Both the position numbers and the translations under genes were made by a program. Below the pieces are notes generated by a model. That model saw nothing but the letters and a program-made list of their open reading frames with translations. It did no database searches and was not told where the DNA came from. 64,000 nt of DNA from Candidatus Eremiobacteria bacterium (GTDB taxonomy: Bacteria; Vulcanimicrobiota; Vulcanimicrobiia; Vulcanimicrobiales; Vulcanimicrobiaceae). Positions 52,531 through 64,000 of this stretch are shown piece after piece (positions within the stretch are counted from its first letter, which is position 1; each line of letters starts with the position of its first letter). The stretch spans positions 544,001-608,000 of the forward strand of contig CAVTRC010000001.1 in NCBI GenBank assembly GCA_963737065.1, written 5' to 3'.

Positions 52531-53805
52531 TTATGACGATAAAACGCTGTCGATCGCTTCACCCACGCGTCGCAGCGCCTCATCGAGTGTATCGTCGTCG
52601 ATTACCAGCGGCACCAGCGTCCGAATGACGTTCCCCGCTCCCGCGGGCATCAACAGAACACCGCGCTCTCGAGCCCGCTCCACGATACGCGGAACGATTG
52701 CTTCGCGCGTTTCGCAAAACTCGATCGCCATCATGGCTCCTATTCCGCGGATCTCGAAGACGTCGCGCGGAAAACGCCGCGCTGCATCTTCGAACGCTGC
52801 GCGAACGCGCGCGCCGATTGCGTCGGCGCGTGCTAAAAACGCATCATCCATCATGTTAAGCGTCGCGAGCGCCGCCGCGCACGCAACCGGATTCCCCGCA
52901 TACGTTCCACCGAGACCACCGGGCGCCGGTGCGTCCATGATGTCCGCCTTGCCGATCACGGCCGCCAGCGGCAATCCGCCGGCCAGAGATTTTGCAACGG
53001 TGATGATGTCCGCTTCGATGCCGGCATGTTCGATTGCGAAGGTGCGGCCGGTTCGTCCGAAGCCGCTTTGAATCTCGTCACAAACGAGCACGATGCCGTA
53101 TTCCGTGCAGATATCTCGCAGCACGTTCAAAAAAGCGGGCGGCGCTGCAACGAATCCGCCTTCGCCGAGTACCGGCTCGATGATGATGCACGCAACGCGT
53201 TCCGGCGCGAGCGTGCTTTCAAACGTCTCCGCCAACGCATCCAAGACGCGCTCGGTCGTCAAACCGTGCGCGTCATGCGGATACGGCACGTGCGCGATTT
53301 CGCCGCAAAACGGGCCGAAATTTTGTTTGTACGGCTCGTTCTTGCCCGTCATCGAGAGCGCGAGCAGCGTACGCCCGTGATAGCCGTGTTGAAATGCGAT
53401 CACACCGGGTCGCCCGGTATACGCGCGCGCAATTTTTACGGCGTTCTCCGTGGCTTCCGACCCGGTCGTCAGCAGTAACGTCTTCTTCGGAGTGGATCCG
53501 GGTGCAAGGGCATTGAGCTTCTCCGCGAGCTCGACGTATGGCTCGTACGACGTGACTTGAAAGCAAAGATGCGTGAACCGCTCGGCCTGATCGCGTACTC
53601 GCTCGACGATCGCCGGGTTCGTATGTCCCGCGTTGAGCACGCCGATGCCGCCGACGAAGTCGATATACTCGCGACCGTCGGCGTCCCAGACCCGCGCGCC
53701 CTCGCCACGGACGATCGAGATCGGATGCACGCAGCCGACACCGCGCGGCACATTCGCCGAGCGGCGGCGCGCGATCTCGGCCGACGCGGAGCGTACGGCC
53801 TGCAT
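52531..53805 (-). CDS. gabT: 4-aminobutyrate aminotransferase
   Basis: IDFVGGIGV, HLCFQV, EPVLGEGGF, DEIQSGFGRTG, AKSLAGG. Confidence 0.92.
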   Translation of the reverse strand: MQAVRSASAEIARRRSANVPRGVGCVHPISIVRGEGARVWDADGREYIDFVGGIGVLNAGHTNPAIVERVRDQAERFTHLCFQVTSYEPYVELAEKLNALAPGSTPKKTLLLTTGSEATENAVKIARAYTGRPGVIAFQHGYHGRTLLALSMTGKNEPYKQNFGPFCGEIAHVPYPHDAHGLTTERVLDALAETFESTLAPERVACIIIEPVLGEGGFVAAPPAFLNVLRDICTEYGIVLVCDEIQSGFGRTGRTFAIEHAGIEADIITVAKSLAGGLPLAAVIGKADIMDAPAPGGLGGTYAGNPVACAAALATLNMMDDAFLARADAIGARVRAAFEDAARRFPRDVFEIRGIGAMMAIEFCETREAIVPRIVERARERGVLLMPAGAGNVIRTLVPLVIDDDTLDEALRRVGEAIDSVLSS

Positions 53806-53899
53806 ACGCCTAGCCTACGGTACCGCCAGGCTGCCCCTCTACGTGCCGTCGAACCAATTTTTGCTCGATTCTTCGTGTGCGGGCACCAAGGAGCGCCGA

Positions 53900-55504
53900 T
53901 TGAAACTTGCCGACGTGCTTGCTCTCCCGTCGTTTGCATCCGCTTGCGTCGTCGCCGCCCACGACGGCACCGAACGTGAGGTCGCTTGGTCGCACGTCGT
54001 CGACATGCCCGATCCGCTGCCGTGGGTCAAACGCGGCTTCTTACTGCTCACGACCGGATTCAGCTGGCCGAAGGACGAGGCGCAACAGCGCCGCCAGATC
54101 GCTGAACTCGCTGCACGAGAGGTTGCCGGCGTGATGATGGCGGTACCGAAATTCGTCGAACACTTTTCGGAAGCGGCGCGCGAACAAGCCGAGATTTCGC
54201 GGCTTCCGCTTATCGAGATTCCGTTCGAAGTTCCGTTCGCGCAACTGACGGAAGAGCTGCATCGCGCCGTGATGCACGAACCGTATGCAATTATTGAGCG
54301 CTCGGATCATATCCATCGCGCGCTGACGCGTCTGGCGGCACGCGATGCAACGCTTGACGATCTCGCGCACGAGTTGTCCCGGTTGATCGAACGTTCGGTG
54401 ACGTTCGAGGATCCGTCAGGCAACTTGCTCGCGGCGGCATCGTACAGGGAAGACATCGATGACGTGCGCCGGCGTACGCTCGAGGACGGACGCAGCCCGC
54501 TCGACGTCGTCAGCGCGATGGAACGATCCGCGCTCAACCGCCGGATCCGCGCAGCGGAAAAACCGCTGCGCATTCCTTCGCTTCCGGAGAAAGGCATGAG
54601 CGCGCGCGTCGTGTGCCCGGTCCGCATCGGCAATGAACTCGCAGGGGTCGTCTGGATCATCGAAGGAACATCGCCGCTCAACGAACTCGATCATCGCGCA
54701 GCAGAGCACGCGGCATTGATTGCGGCCATTCACATCGCGCACCAACGCGAGATTACGTCGACCGAAGCGCGCCTCGGTTACGCATCGTTTCTGTCCTTGC
54801 TAGAATCGGAACCGGGCGCGGTGCCGAGCGCCGATGAACGCGTGCGCCTATTGGGGTTCAACCCCGGCGCGCGCTACCGGGTCGGCATCGTTGCGATCGA
54901 CGAGCCGCTTCCGCTCGACCGCAAAGGACTCGAACGGCGCGACCGCATCGCAGCAGCGTTGCGCGCGTTGCTGCATCGCGGAGGTCAGCCGCAACTCGTC
55001 ACCGCGACCTTGAACCGCGTACCGTTCTTGATGCCGCCCGATCTCGACGTCGAACGTGTGGCGGCGCAACTGGAGGATCCGGGACTCTCGCTGGTAATCG
55101 GACGCGAACACGAAGGCGTCGAGGGTGCACGCGCCAGCTATCGCGAGGCGCTCTCACTTCTCGGTTATCGCGATCGGCCGCGCATCGCGACGTACGACGA
55201 ACTGCTCGTTCCGCGCGTTATTACGGGCGACGCATCGGCGCGCGAGACGTTCTTGAACGATTTTTTCGCGCCGCTGCGCGCGAAGAAGAACGGCCGGGAA
55301 TTGGCCGCGGCATTGCTGACGCTCGCGCGCCACGGGTTCCGGTTTCGCGGCGCCGCCGACGCGCTCGCAATTCACCCGAACACGCTGCGCTACCGGCTGG
55401 AACGGGTCAGCGAGGTGCTCGGCATCGACCTCTCCGACGCGGACGTTCAATTCCGAGTCCAGCTGGCAGCACGGCTGCTCGACGTCGAGCAGCGCAACTG
55501 GTAG
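53900..55504 (+). CDS. PucR-family transcriptional regulator
   Basis: W.HVVD, LLLTTG N-terminal domain; C-terminal AA..L.IHPNTLRYRL HTH. Confidence 0.92.
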   Translation: MKLADVLALPSFASACVVAAHDGTEREVAWSHVVDMPDPLPWVKRGFLLLTTGFSWPKDEAQQRRQIAELAAREVAGVMMAVPKFVEHFSEAAREQAEISRLPLIEIPFEVPFAQLTEELHRAVMHEPYAIIERSDHIHRALTRLAARDATLDDLAHELSRLIERSVTFEDPSGNLLAAASYREDIDDVRRRTLEDGRSPLDVVSAMERSALNRRIRAAEKPLRIPSLPEKGMSARVVCPVRIGNELAGVVWIIEGTSPLNELDHRAAEHAALIAAIHIAHQREITSTEARLGYASFLSLLESEPGAVPSADERVRLLGFNPGARYRVGIVAIDEPLPLDRKGLERRDRIAAALRALLHRGGQPQLVTATLNRVPFLMPPDLDVERVAAQLEDPGLSLVIGREHEGVEGARASYREALSLLGYRDRPRIATYDELLVPRVITGDASARETFLNDFFAPLRAKKNGRELAAALLTLARHGFRFRGAADALAIHPNTLRYRLERVSEVLGIDLSDADVQFRVQLAARLLDVEQRNW

Positions 55505-55619
55505 ACGTTTGTACCTTTGACACAGATTCCGGTGCGTTCTTTAGATAAAACATCCATAGGCGCGGCCTTGTAAACAGCGTAAGCATTTCCCGACAGACCG
55601 AACCGAGCGAGGAATACGC

Positions 55620-58600
55620 GTGAAACGATGGTTCGCCGCGGGCGTGATGGCCGCGCTCACTTCCTGCATCGCCCTTCCGGCTGCAGCCGGCACCACCGGA
55701 AATCTCAAAGGTCGCATTACCGACGCGCAGGGCGGTGCGCCGCTCGCCGGCGTTCACGTGCAACTCAGCGGCGCGATCGGAACGCGCACCGCGACGACCG
55801 ACGCAAACGGCTCGTACGTCTTTCTCTCGCTCCAGCCGGACACGTACACGGTGACGGCGAGCAAAGACGGATACGATTCGCAGTCGCAGCCCGGGCAAAC
55901 AATTCTCGCGGATCAATCGAGCGTGCTCAATTTCGCGCTGAACAAGTCATTGAAGACGATCGCCGTAACGCGCAGCGCCGCGGGTGGACTGGTGCGCGCC
56001 GGCACGACGAGCGACGTGTACTCGGTGAACCCGGCGCAGCAAGCTGCGGCGAAAGCGCTCGGCGGTTCGGGAAGCCTCGACCAAGCGTATAGCGCGATCG
56101 CGAGCGTTCCAGGCGTTAGCATTCCGACCGGGCAGCAGGGCTGGTATCAAAGTGTATTCATCCGCGGCGGCGACTACGACCAAGTCGGCTACGAGTTCGA
56201 CGGTCTTCCGGTGCTGCGGCAATCGGATGGCGCGCCGATTACGACACTGTCGGTTCTCGGTCAACAAGAAGTGCAGGTCTACACCGGCGGCACTCCGGCA
56301 ACGTCGGACTCGCCGGGACTCGCGGGCTATATCAACCAGGTCATCAAGACCGGAACGTACCCCGGCTACGCTACGGCATCGCTAGCGGCCGGGTCGCCGG
56401 CGTTTTACCACAAGGCACTCGTTGAAGCCGGCGGCGCCACCCCTGACCGCACGTTCTCGTATTACGTCGGGCTTGCGGGCGCCGATCAAAGCTACCGCTA
56501 CGGCGACCAGTTCAACGGCGTGTCGAATCCGCTGTTCTACTTCCCGCTCCAAGTACCGACGAATAATACGACCTATAACATCCTCGACGGCTCGTGCAGC
56601 GTCTACGGATCGCCTCTTACGATCGCTCCCGGTCAAACGTGCGCAACGACGAATCAAGGCTACGGAATGCAGATGAGTCCGGGTGCAAGCTGGCTGCAAG
56701 CGTATAACCAAGATCGTGAATCGGTCATGAATCTGCACTGGGGCATCAAGCACCATCACGACGACGGCCGCGACGATCTCCAAGCGCTCTACGTGACGGG
56801 TGGCATCACGACGAGCTATGCCACGTCGGGGTACGACCTCGGTCTAGCGTGCAATCAGGGCGGTGCGATCGTCTATACGTGTTTCAACGGGGATTCGCAG
56901 CCGTATTTCCTCGACGCAAGCGTTGCAGGCGGCGGCGGTTACTATTCGGGCCCGCTGTTCCAGCCGCCGAATCAGAACGATCTGATCGACGCATACTTTC
57001 CGAGCAGTCCGACGACGCGCGCGTTCAATGACGTCATCCCGACAAATCAACGCGACGGCGGCGCGAACGACTATTCGATCGAGAAGTTGCAATACCAGAA
57101 GAACTTCAACGAGAACTCGTACTTGCGAGCAATCGCGTATTCGGAGTACACCGATTGGTTTTTGAACGGGCCGAACAGCGCGTTCCAGCTCTACGGCGCG
57201 ACGCTTTCCGACTACGAGGTCATCGGACATATCTACGGCGGGAGCCTAATCTACTCCAACAATCTCTCGGATAAACATTTGCTCACCGCGCAGACGAGCT
57301 ACCAAACACAAAAGCTGCAAACCTACAATGCGACGTTTGACACGACGTTGTCGTCGCTCCCCCATTGGTTCGTAGAGAATACATTGCAATTCGGCAATGT
57401 CGCCTCGAATTTCACCGACGGTACGCATTGCTTCGATTACACGACCGGTGCATACACCTCGTGTTACGACCTGAATAACATCGGCAGCCAGGCAGCGCTC
57501 ATTCCCGGGAATTGCGTTGCGGATACATCGTGCGCCGGCGTCACCGGCGGCGCGATCAAGCGCGCAGTGGCTGATGACGGAAAACGGGCAAAACGCGCAA
57601 GTCGATAACGTGCAGCCGTTCTTTACGTCGTTCTCATTGATGGACAACTACCGTCCGAACGACAAACTGACGTTCAACATCGGAGCGCGCTTCGACCACT
57701 TCAGTTATGCGCTCGCAAGACCTCGAATCCGGTTATCCGGCGCGGCAGTTCTGGTTCAACGCGTTCAACAACGAGCATTGCAGCGCGCCCGGCGTCGACC
57801 CCGTTCTTGGGAGCATGGATGCGACGACCGGCGCGGTGACGTGTCCAACGGGATACACCTGGATGGGTTTGGCGGGGAACGGCCTTGTCAATACGACGGG
57901 CGCGCGCGTATCGCAGAACGTGTTTCAACCGCGTTTCGCAATGACGTATCTTGCGGGACCGAACACGGTCTGGCGCGCATCAGCGGGAGTCTATGCGCGC
58001 CCCGCGGCGACGTCGTATCAGGAATACAATACGTACCAGCAAGATCTTCCGTCGTTCCTCTCGCAGTTCATCTCGCTCGGCTACAATTCGCCGATTCACG
58101 ACGTGCGTGCGGATACGTCGGACAATTACGACCTCTCGTACGAGCGGCACTTCCCAGGCACGCGTCTTTCAACGAAAATCACGCCGTTCTACCGGAGCAC
58201 CAACAATCAGTTGCAATACCTCGCGATCAGTGCGATCGGCGGCGTCCTTGCGGGAATCAACGTCGGTACCCTGCACTCTTATGGGATCGAACTGTCATTG
58301 CAGGACGGCGACTTCGCTCGCGACGGTTTCTCGTGGCAGCTTTCGTACACGCATACCGACACGAAGACGCGATACCAGAGTCTTTCGAACGGACTGAATC
58401 TGATCGACGTGATGAACCGCTCGATCGAACAATACAATTCGTACACATCGGCGTGCGCCGCCAACGAAGGCCAACCGATCTGCGGCGGTGGCCTCTACGC
58501 GGCAAACGCCGGTGCCAGCCTTCCCAGCGTCACGACGCCCGGGCTGAACATTCCGAACCCGTACTACAACAGCGCGCCGCAAGCGCTCATGGATCCCAAA

Positions 58601-59263
58601 GGGTCGTACGTTCCGTACGACGTGATTCCGAGTGCTTTCGCGAGCGCAAACAGCTATGCCGTCCCCGACGTCGCGTCGCTCATCCTCAACTGGCGTCACA
58701 AGAAATTGGCGATCACGCCGACCGTCGCGTTCAACTCGGGCTCGTATTACGGGTCACCGCTTTCCGTCCCGGGATACGTTCCGCAACTGTGTTCCGCACT
58801 GCCGAGCGCTACGCCATCGACACCGGGCGTGAGTTGCGGGCAAGTACCGGCCGCCGGAAGCGTAGGCAGTGATTTACCCTCGGCAATCTTCGTCCCCGAT
58901 CCGTATACCGCGAAGTTCGACTCGCTCGGCGCGTTGCGCGAACCGTGGCAAGTCGTCGCGAACTTGCAGGTGACGTATGACTTTACGCCGCGCGTGTCGT
59001 TGACCATGATCGCCAACAACATCTTCAATAAATGCTATCAACGAGGCTATGCGTGGGACACGAACATGGCCTGCTGGTACTCGAGCCTGCCCTCCAACGC
59101 CCTCGCGCCCAATGGCCCCGGAAGCCAGCCCGGCGCATTTTTGACGAATCCGCCGCTGCAGCTCGCGTATCCGTACGGGATCTGGTTCAACAACACGCAG
59201 GTCGGCATAACCTCCGCGATCCAACCCTTCACGCTCACCATGCAGCTCGACGTCAAGCTGTAG
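55620..59263 (+). pseudogene. TonB-dependent receptor with carboxypeptidase-regulatory-like N-terminal domain, two +1 frameshifts (about 57560 and 57714)
   Basis: Signal peptide, TTD.NG.Y.F..L.P.TY, IRGG..DQVGYEFDG, G.INQV; continues in frames 57517 and 57707 to ..QLDVKL. Confidence 0.82.
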
Positions 59264-60840
59264 TGCCGAGAACGAAACGGCTGCGCGCGCTCTTCCCGAG
59301 CCGCGCGGCGTTCATTCGTGGATCGCTCAGTACTGCGGCTACGCTCGTGCTCGCACCGGCGTTTGGTACGGCGTCATCAGTCGCCGCGCGGCGCGAGCGG
59401 ATCGCGATTATCGGCGCCGGAATCGCCGGCGTAACGTGTGCCACAGTCTTGCACGACGGCGGCATCGGCGCAACGGTGTTCGAGTCATCGAACCGCGTCG
59501 GCGGACGCATGCATTCCGAGTGGACGTATTGGAATGACGGACAGCACACCGAGTGGTGCGGTGCAATGATCGATTCCACGCACGCCACGATCCATGCGCT
59601 CGCGCGCCGCTTCGGTCAGCCGCTGATTGACACGTGGGCTCCGCTTGCGCATAACGCGCGCGACACGTCGTACTTTGCGAACCGCTACTATCCGATGACG
59701 CGAGCCGACCACGACTTCGAACCGGTCTTCAAAACGTTACGCGAGCAACTGGCGAAGATCGGGCCGGAAACGACGTGGGACTCCGCGACGCCCGCCGCGC
59801 GAGAACTCGATCGCACGAGCATGGCTCAATGGATCGACCGGTACGTCCCCGGCGGCCGCACTTCGCAGCTCGGCCGCCTGATCGACGACGCCCTCTCGAA
59901 CGAATACGGCGTCGCCACGTCGCAACAAAGTTCCCTCAATCTCGTCTACATGCTCGGCGAGCAGTCGCGCTACGGCACGCGTGGCGGTGAAATGAACGTG
60001 CTCGGTTATAGCGATCAACGTTACACCACGCGTAACGGCAACCAGAAGCTGCCGATGGCAATGGCTGCGGCGTTGCCTCGCGGTAGCGTCGTCTTCGAGT
60101 ACCGGCTGACCGCAATTCGCAGACGCGCGGTCGGCGATTACGAGTTGACGTTCGCGACCCGGCACGGCACGAAAAAACTCTACTACGACCGCGTCGTGCT
60201 CGCGATTCCGTTCATCGTGCTGCGCGGCTTGGACTACAGCGGCGCCGGATTCGACGCGCGTAAACGCTTGGCGATTGAGCAGCTCGGTTATGGTATCCAC
60301 ACGAAGCTGCACGTGCAGTTCGACGCAAAGCCTTGGTACGGCGCCGGTCCATGGCCGCGCCCGGCCGACGGACAAATCTGGACGGACACGGGTTTTCAAA
60401 ACTCGATCGATTTTTCGCTGGGGCAAAGCGGGCGGTGCGGCATCATCGAGCGATTCACGTACGGGACGGCCGGGTTGATCGGCACGCCGCCCCAGCCGTA
60501 TTCGCGCGTCGCAGATTCGTCGCTCGTACGCGATCAGGTGCGGAAGTTCTTTGCGCAACTCAACGAGATCTGGCCCGGCGTTTCACGGCATTGGAACGGC
60601 AAGGCAACATTCGGCAACGCGCAGGCGGACCCGAATATTCTTGCGAGTTATTCAACGTGGCTCGTCGGCCAGTGCACGACGATTGCCGGCTACGAGCAAG
60701 TACGCCAAGGACGCGTCCACTTCGCCGGCGAGCACACGTCGGTCGAATACCAAGGGTTTATGGAAGGCGGCGCCGCAAGCGGCGTGCGCGCAGCCCGCGA
60801 AATCCTCGCTGATTACGGCATCAAAGCGAAGACGGCGTAG
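59263..60840 (+). CDS. Flavin-dependent amine oxidase, probably exported
   Basis: IIGAGIAG, RVGGR, HFAGEHTS..QGFMEG; Tat-like SRAAFI signal. Confidence 0.88.
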   Translation: MPRTKRLRALFPSRAAFIRGSLSTAATLVLAPAFGTASSVAARRERIAIIGAGIAGVTCATVLHDGGIGATVFESSNRVGGRMHSEWTYWNDGQHTEWCGAMIDSTHATIHALARRFGQPLIDTWAPLAHNARDTSYFANRYYPMTRADHDFEPVFKTLREQLAKIGPETTWDSATPAARELDRTSMAQWIDRYVPGGRTSQLGRLIDDALSNEYGVATSQQSSLNLVYMLGEQSRYGTRGGEMNVLGYSDQRYTTRNGNQKLPMAMAAALPRGSVVFEYRLTAIRRRAVGDYELTFATRHGTKKLYYDRVVLAIPFIVLRGLDYSGAGFDARKRLAIEQLGYGIHTKLHVQFDAKPWYGAGPWPRPADGQIWTDTGFQNSIDFSLGQSGRCGIIERFTYGTAGLIGTPPQPYSRVADSSLVRDQVRKFFAQLNEIWPGVSRHWNGKATFGNAQADPNILASYSTWLVGQCTTIAGYEQVRQGRVHFAGEHTSVEYQGFMEGGAASGVRAAREILADYGIKAKTA

Positions 60841-60889
60841 ACGCCGCCCAAAAAGGGCAAGATTACGGCACGAAAAGAACACGATCGTC

Positions 60890-61984
60890 ATGTCTGTCCG
60901 AGCTTTACTGGCTGCAGTGCTCGCGATTTTGTGTACGGTTGCAACAACACCGCTGGCCTCCGCGAGCCGTATGGTAAGCATCACCGTACCGAGCAAGGTT
61001 TTAAGCGCGTTTTGGAACGATCCGATAACGATGCATGCGGACGTGCTGCTTCCCGACGCGTATGATACAGACGCTACGCAACAATATCCCGCGCTCTATT
61101 GGTTTCGCGGATTTAGGGCAAACTACGACGACGTAGCGCGCGCCGCGTGGGGTGACTGGACGCGAGCGATGGCGAAACAACACGTTGCGACGATCGTTAT
61201 TTTTCCTGATGCAATGTTCCGTAGCGGGTACACTGAGTTCGCAGATTCGGCGAACACGGGCCCATGGGGCACAGCGTTCACGCAGGATTTGCTGCCGGCG
61301 ATCAATGCGCGGTATCGCACTCGCGCAAGCTACGTTGCCGGATTCTCCTCCGGAGCCTGGGCCGCACTCTGGCTCCAAACAACGTACCCGGCACTCTTCA
61401 GCGGAGCATGGGCATACGCGCCGGACCCGGTAACGTTCAAAGACTTTACCGGGCCGGATCTTACGAAGTCACCGCCACAAAACTTTTACGGAAATGGAAA
61501 GACCGAGTACCGAATCCATCGCGTCGGCGGCATCGACAGAGAAACGCTTAGAGATTTTGTGCTCGGTGCAAATGGAGTCATCGGACCAGAGCAGTTCTTT
61601 TCATTCAACGCCGTATTCAGCCCCGCGGACGCAAACGGCCGCAGCGCCCTTTTTAACGTTAAGACCGGCGATATCAACGCCAGCGTGGCGTCATATAGGG
61701 AAGAACATTACGATATTACGAGTCGCGTATTACATGAGACGCCTGCGAACAAAAAACTGCTGACCGGTGAACTCCATGTTGTCGTCGGCACCTGGGACAC
61801 GTCCCATCTCGACGAGCCGACAAAGCTTTTCTGTTATGCGCTGTATAATGTGGATCTTCATCCGGACTGTACGCTTGTCGAGGAAGCAGATCACGCAGGC
61901 GTGCTACATTTCGAGGGAGGTTACGAGAACCACATCTTGCACGCGCTCAGCGCGCTCGCGGCGCATAACGGGCTCGTTCGATAA
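60890..61984 (+). CDS. Secreted alpha/beta-hydrolase (putative esterase)
   Basis: Signal peptide, VLLP..Y...YP, DSANTGPWG, GFSSG. Confidence 0.8.
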   Translation: MSVRALLAAVLAILCTVATTPLASASRMVSITVPSKVLSAFWNDPITMHADVLLPDAYDTDATQQYPALYWFRGFRANYDDVARAAWGDWTRAMAKQHVATIVIFPDAMFRSGYTEFADSANTGPWGTAFTQDLLPAINARYRTRASYVAGFSSGAWAALWLQTTYPALFSGAWAYAPDPVTFKDFTGPDLTKSPPQNFYGNGKTEYRIHRVGGIDRETLRDFVLGANGVIGPEQFFSFNAVFSPADANGRSALFNVKTGDINASVASYREEHYDITSRVLHETPANKKLLTGELHVVVGTWDTSHLDEPTKLFCYALYNVDLHPDCTLVEEADHAGVLHFEGGYENHILHALSALAAHNGLVR

Positions 61985-61996
61985 TAGGAGCATTCG

Positions 61997-62818
61997 ATGA
62001 CACAATCTGAGAAAGCGGAGCGGTTCCGCACGCTGCACGAAGGCCCAAACGCGTTTCTGCTTCCCAATCCCTGGGATGCGGGATCGGCGAAGGCGCTCGA
62101 AGCGCTCGGCTTCGACGCGCTCACGACGACCAGCGCGGGACTTGCGTGGACGCTTGGACGTGCCGACGGCACGCGCTCTGTTTCGCGCGATGAAGCGCTC
62201 GCGAACGCGAAGTCGATCGTCGATGCGACGTCACTACCGGTCGCCGCGGATTTGGAAAACGGCTACGGCGACGATCCGGAAACGGTTGCAGAAACGGTGA
62301 AGCTTGCGGCGGAAGCGGGTCTCGTCGGGTGTTCCATCGAGGACGCGACCAGCCGCGACGATCGACCGGTCTACGATTTCGATTTCGCGGTCGAGCGGGT
62401 CGCGGCCGCAGCCGCAGCCGCGCGTTCGCTGCCCTTTCCGTTCATGCTCGTCGCAAGAGCCGAGAATTTGCTGCAAGGTATCGATGACGTCGATGACACG
62501 ATTGCGCGTCTTCAGGCATACGAGAAAGCGGGCGCGGACGTACTCTACGCGCCGATGCTGCCGGACGCTGATGCGATTCGCCGCGTGTGCAACGCCGTAT
62601 CAAAGCCAGTCAACGTGCTCGCTGCCGGGCCGATTCTCAAGATGAGCGTTTCGGAACTCGCGGCGCTCGGCGTGCGGCGGATCAGCGTCGGGTCCGGTTT
62701 CGCGCGCGCGGCGTTCAGCGCATTCATTACTGCGGCGCGTGAGGCGAAAAATGCGGGCCGCTTCAATTCCATTGCGCAATCGATTTCGTTTGCGGAGATT
62801 ACCCAGCTGGTGAGCTGA
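61997..62818 (+). CDS. Isocitrate lyase/PEP mutase family protein
   Basis: PNPWDAGSA, TTSAG, ADLENGYG, SIED, ARAE. Confidence 0.9.
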   Translation: MTQSEKAERFRTLHEGPNAFLLPNPWDAGSAKALEALGFDALTTTSAGLAWTLGRADGTRSVSRDEALANAKSIVDATSLPVAADLENGYGDDPETVAETVKLAAEAGLVGCSIEDATSRDDRPVYDFDFAVERVAAAAAAARSLPFPFMLVARAENLLQGIDDVDDTIARLQAYEKAGADVLYAPMLPDADAIRRVCNAVSKPVNVLAAGPILKMSVSELAALGVRRISVGSGFARAAFSAFITAAREAKNAGRFNSIAQSISFAEITQLVS

Positions 62819-62822
62819 GCGC

Positions 62823-63107
62823 CTACGGCCGAGTCCGCGGGCGCCGTTCGTGCAACAGCGTCATAGACGCGTATGCGCCGATCCACGAACCGAGCGCGGC
62901 GAAGCAGACGTAGATCCAATTTTGCGTGTACGAAATGACGGCGAACGACGACAGCAGATACCATAGCGCGCTCCAACTCGCCGCAGCGACGCGATGCCGC
63001 CCGGCAACCGCCGCGGAGAAAAACACGTAAACGGCATCCGTAACGGCGGTCGCGAGAACGACGCCAATCGCGACCGCGGGAGCGATCGGGGAAATGTGCG
63101 GGACCAT
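62823..63107 (-). CDS. Small membrane protein
   Basis: GAGG RBS, three hydrophobic segments. Confidence 0.7.
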   Translation of the reverse strand: MVPHISPIAPAVAIGVVLATAVTDAVYVFFSAAVAGRHRVAAASWSALWYLLSSFAVISYTQNWIYVCFAALGSWIGAYASMTLLHERRPRTRP

Positions 63108-63126
63108 ACGGCAGCCTCTCTTGGCG

Positions 63127-64000
63127 TCAGCGATGGACGGGCATTGAAAATCCGGCGCGCTGCGCGTCTTCGGACCAGCGCGCGGTTACGCTCTTCAATC
63201 GCGTGTAGAACCGAACCCCTTCGCCGCCATGAACGTAGTGATCGCCGAAGAGCGACGCTTTCCATCCGCCAAAGCTGTAGAATGCCATCGGCACCGGAAT
63301 CGGCACGTTGATGCCAACCATTCCGGCGCGCACATTGCGTTCGAAATACCGCGCGTGGGCGCCGTCGCGCGTGAAAATCGAAGCACCATTCCCGTACTCG
63401 TGTTCGTTGATGATTGCGAGCGCGTCATCGAGCGATGCGGCACGCACGACGCAAAGGACCGGGCCGAAGATTTCTTCGCGATACACGCGCATGCCCGGAC
63501 GTACCCGATCGAATAACGTTGGACCGAGGAAGAACCCCGGTAATGCGGTTGCCGGGTGCGTACGTCCGTCCACGACGAGCGTTGCCCCTTCTTCAACGCC
63601 GATTCGCACGTAGTCCGCGACACGTTCGCGATGCTCTCGCGTCACGAGCGGACCCATTTCGACGCCGTCGTCTTGCCCGCTACCGACGCGCAACGTCGCG
63701 ATGCGCCGCGCGATCGAGTCGACGACTGCATCAGCCGTGGCGTCGCCCACCGCGACCGCCACGGAAACGGCCATGCAGCGTTCGCCGGCGGAGCCGTATG
63801 CCGAGCCGATGAGCGCATCCGCTGCTCGATCCGGGTCCGCATCGGGCAGCACGACGAGATGATTTTTCGCACCGCCCAACGCTTGCACGCGTTTACCATT
63901 TCTCGCCGCGCGTTCGTGAACGCGGCGTGCGACCGGCGTCGACCCGACGAAGCTCACCGCCGCGACGAGCGGATGTTCGAGAAGTGCCTCGACTGCCGGC
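63127..64000 (-). CDS. mmsA: CoA-acylating (methyl)malonate-semialdehyde dehydrogenase, 5' part outside the window
   Basis: [27 protein letters not shown]. Confidence 0.93.
   Translation of the reverse strand, partial: PAVEALLEHPLVAAVSFVGSTPVARRVHERAARNGKRVQALGGAKNHLVVLPDADPDRAADALIGSAYGSAGERCMAVSVAVAVGDATADAVVDSIARRIATLRVGSGQDDGVEMGPLVTREHRERVADYVRIGVEEGATLVVDGRTHPATALPGFFLGPTLFDRVRPGMRVYREEIFGPVLCVVRAASLDDALAIINEHEYGNGASIFTRDGAHARYFERNVRAGMVGINVPIPVPMAFYSFGGWKASLFGDHYVHGGEGVRFYTRLKSVTARWSEDAQRAGFSMPVHR

Overview
GC-rich bacterial chromosomal segment. The gene styles (HiPIPs, S53 lipoprotein, TonB-dependent receptor, Firmicutes/Actinobacteria-like synteny) suggest Ca. Eremiobacterota/Vulcanimicrobiota; this is inference only. 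Recognisable blocks: type III PKS plus ICMT-type methyltransferase; a beta-oxidation operon; fur and an OmpR-type regulator; def-fmt-rsmB-fhaA-fhaB-PP2C-like-rodA; topA..trmFO..hslVU; dxs-secG-oppDF; argF-argR-argG-argH; and a polyamine/GABA catabolic cluster. There are two decayed accessory islets: 14.4-16.0 kb (flanked by 63-bp direct repeats) and 33.9-35.7 kb (type I-G cas3 relic plus hicBA). The best candidate for a new system is at 35.7-38.6 kb. There topA is divergent from a very basic protein built of histone-H3-tail-like RKKSTGG repeats, and a perfect 48-bp alternating purine-pyrimidine (Z-DNA-prone) tract abuts the -35 box of that gene's promoter, which could act as a supercoiling-sensing nucleoid switch. 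Also notable: a PP2C pseudophosphatase, REP-like hairpins inserted in frame in two genes, and single-arginine Tat-like signals. Four +1 frameshifts are most likely assembly errors. No rRNA, tRNA or CRISPR array was seen.
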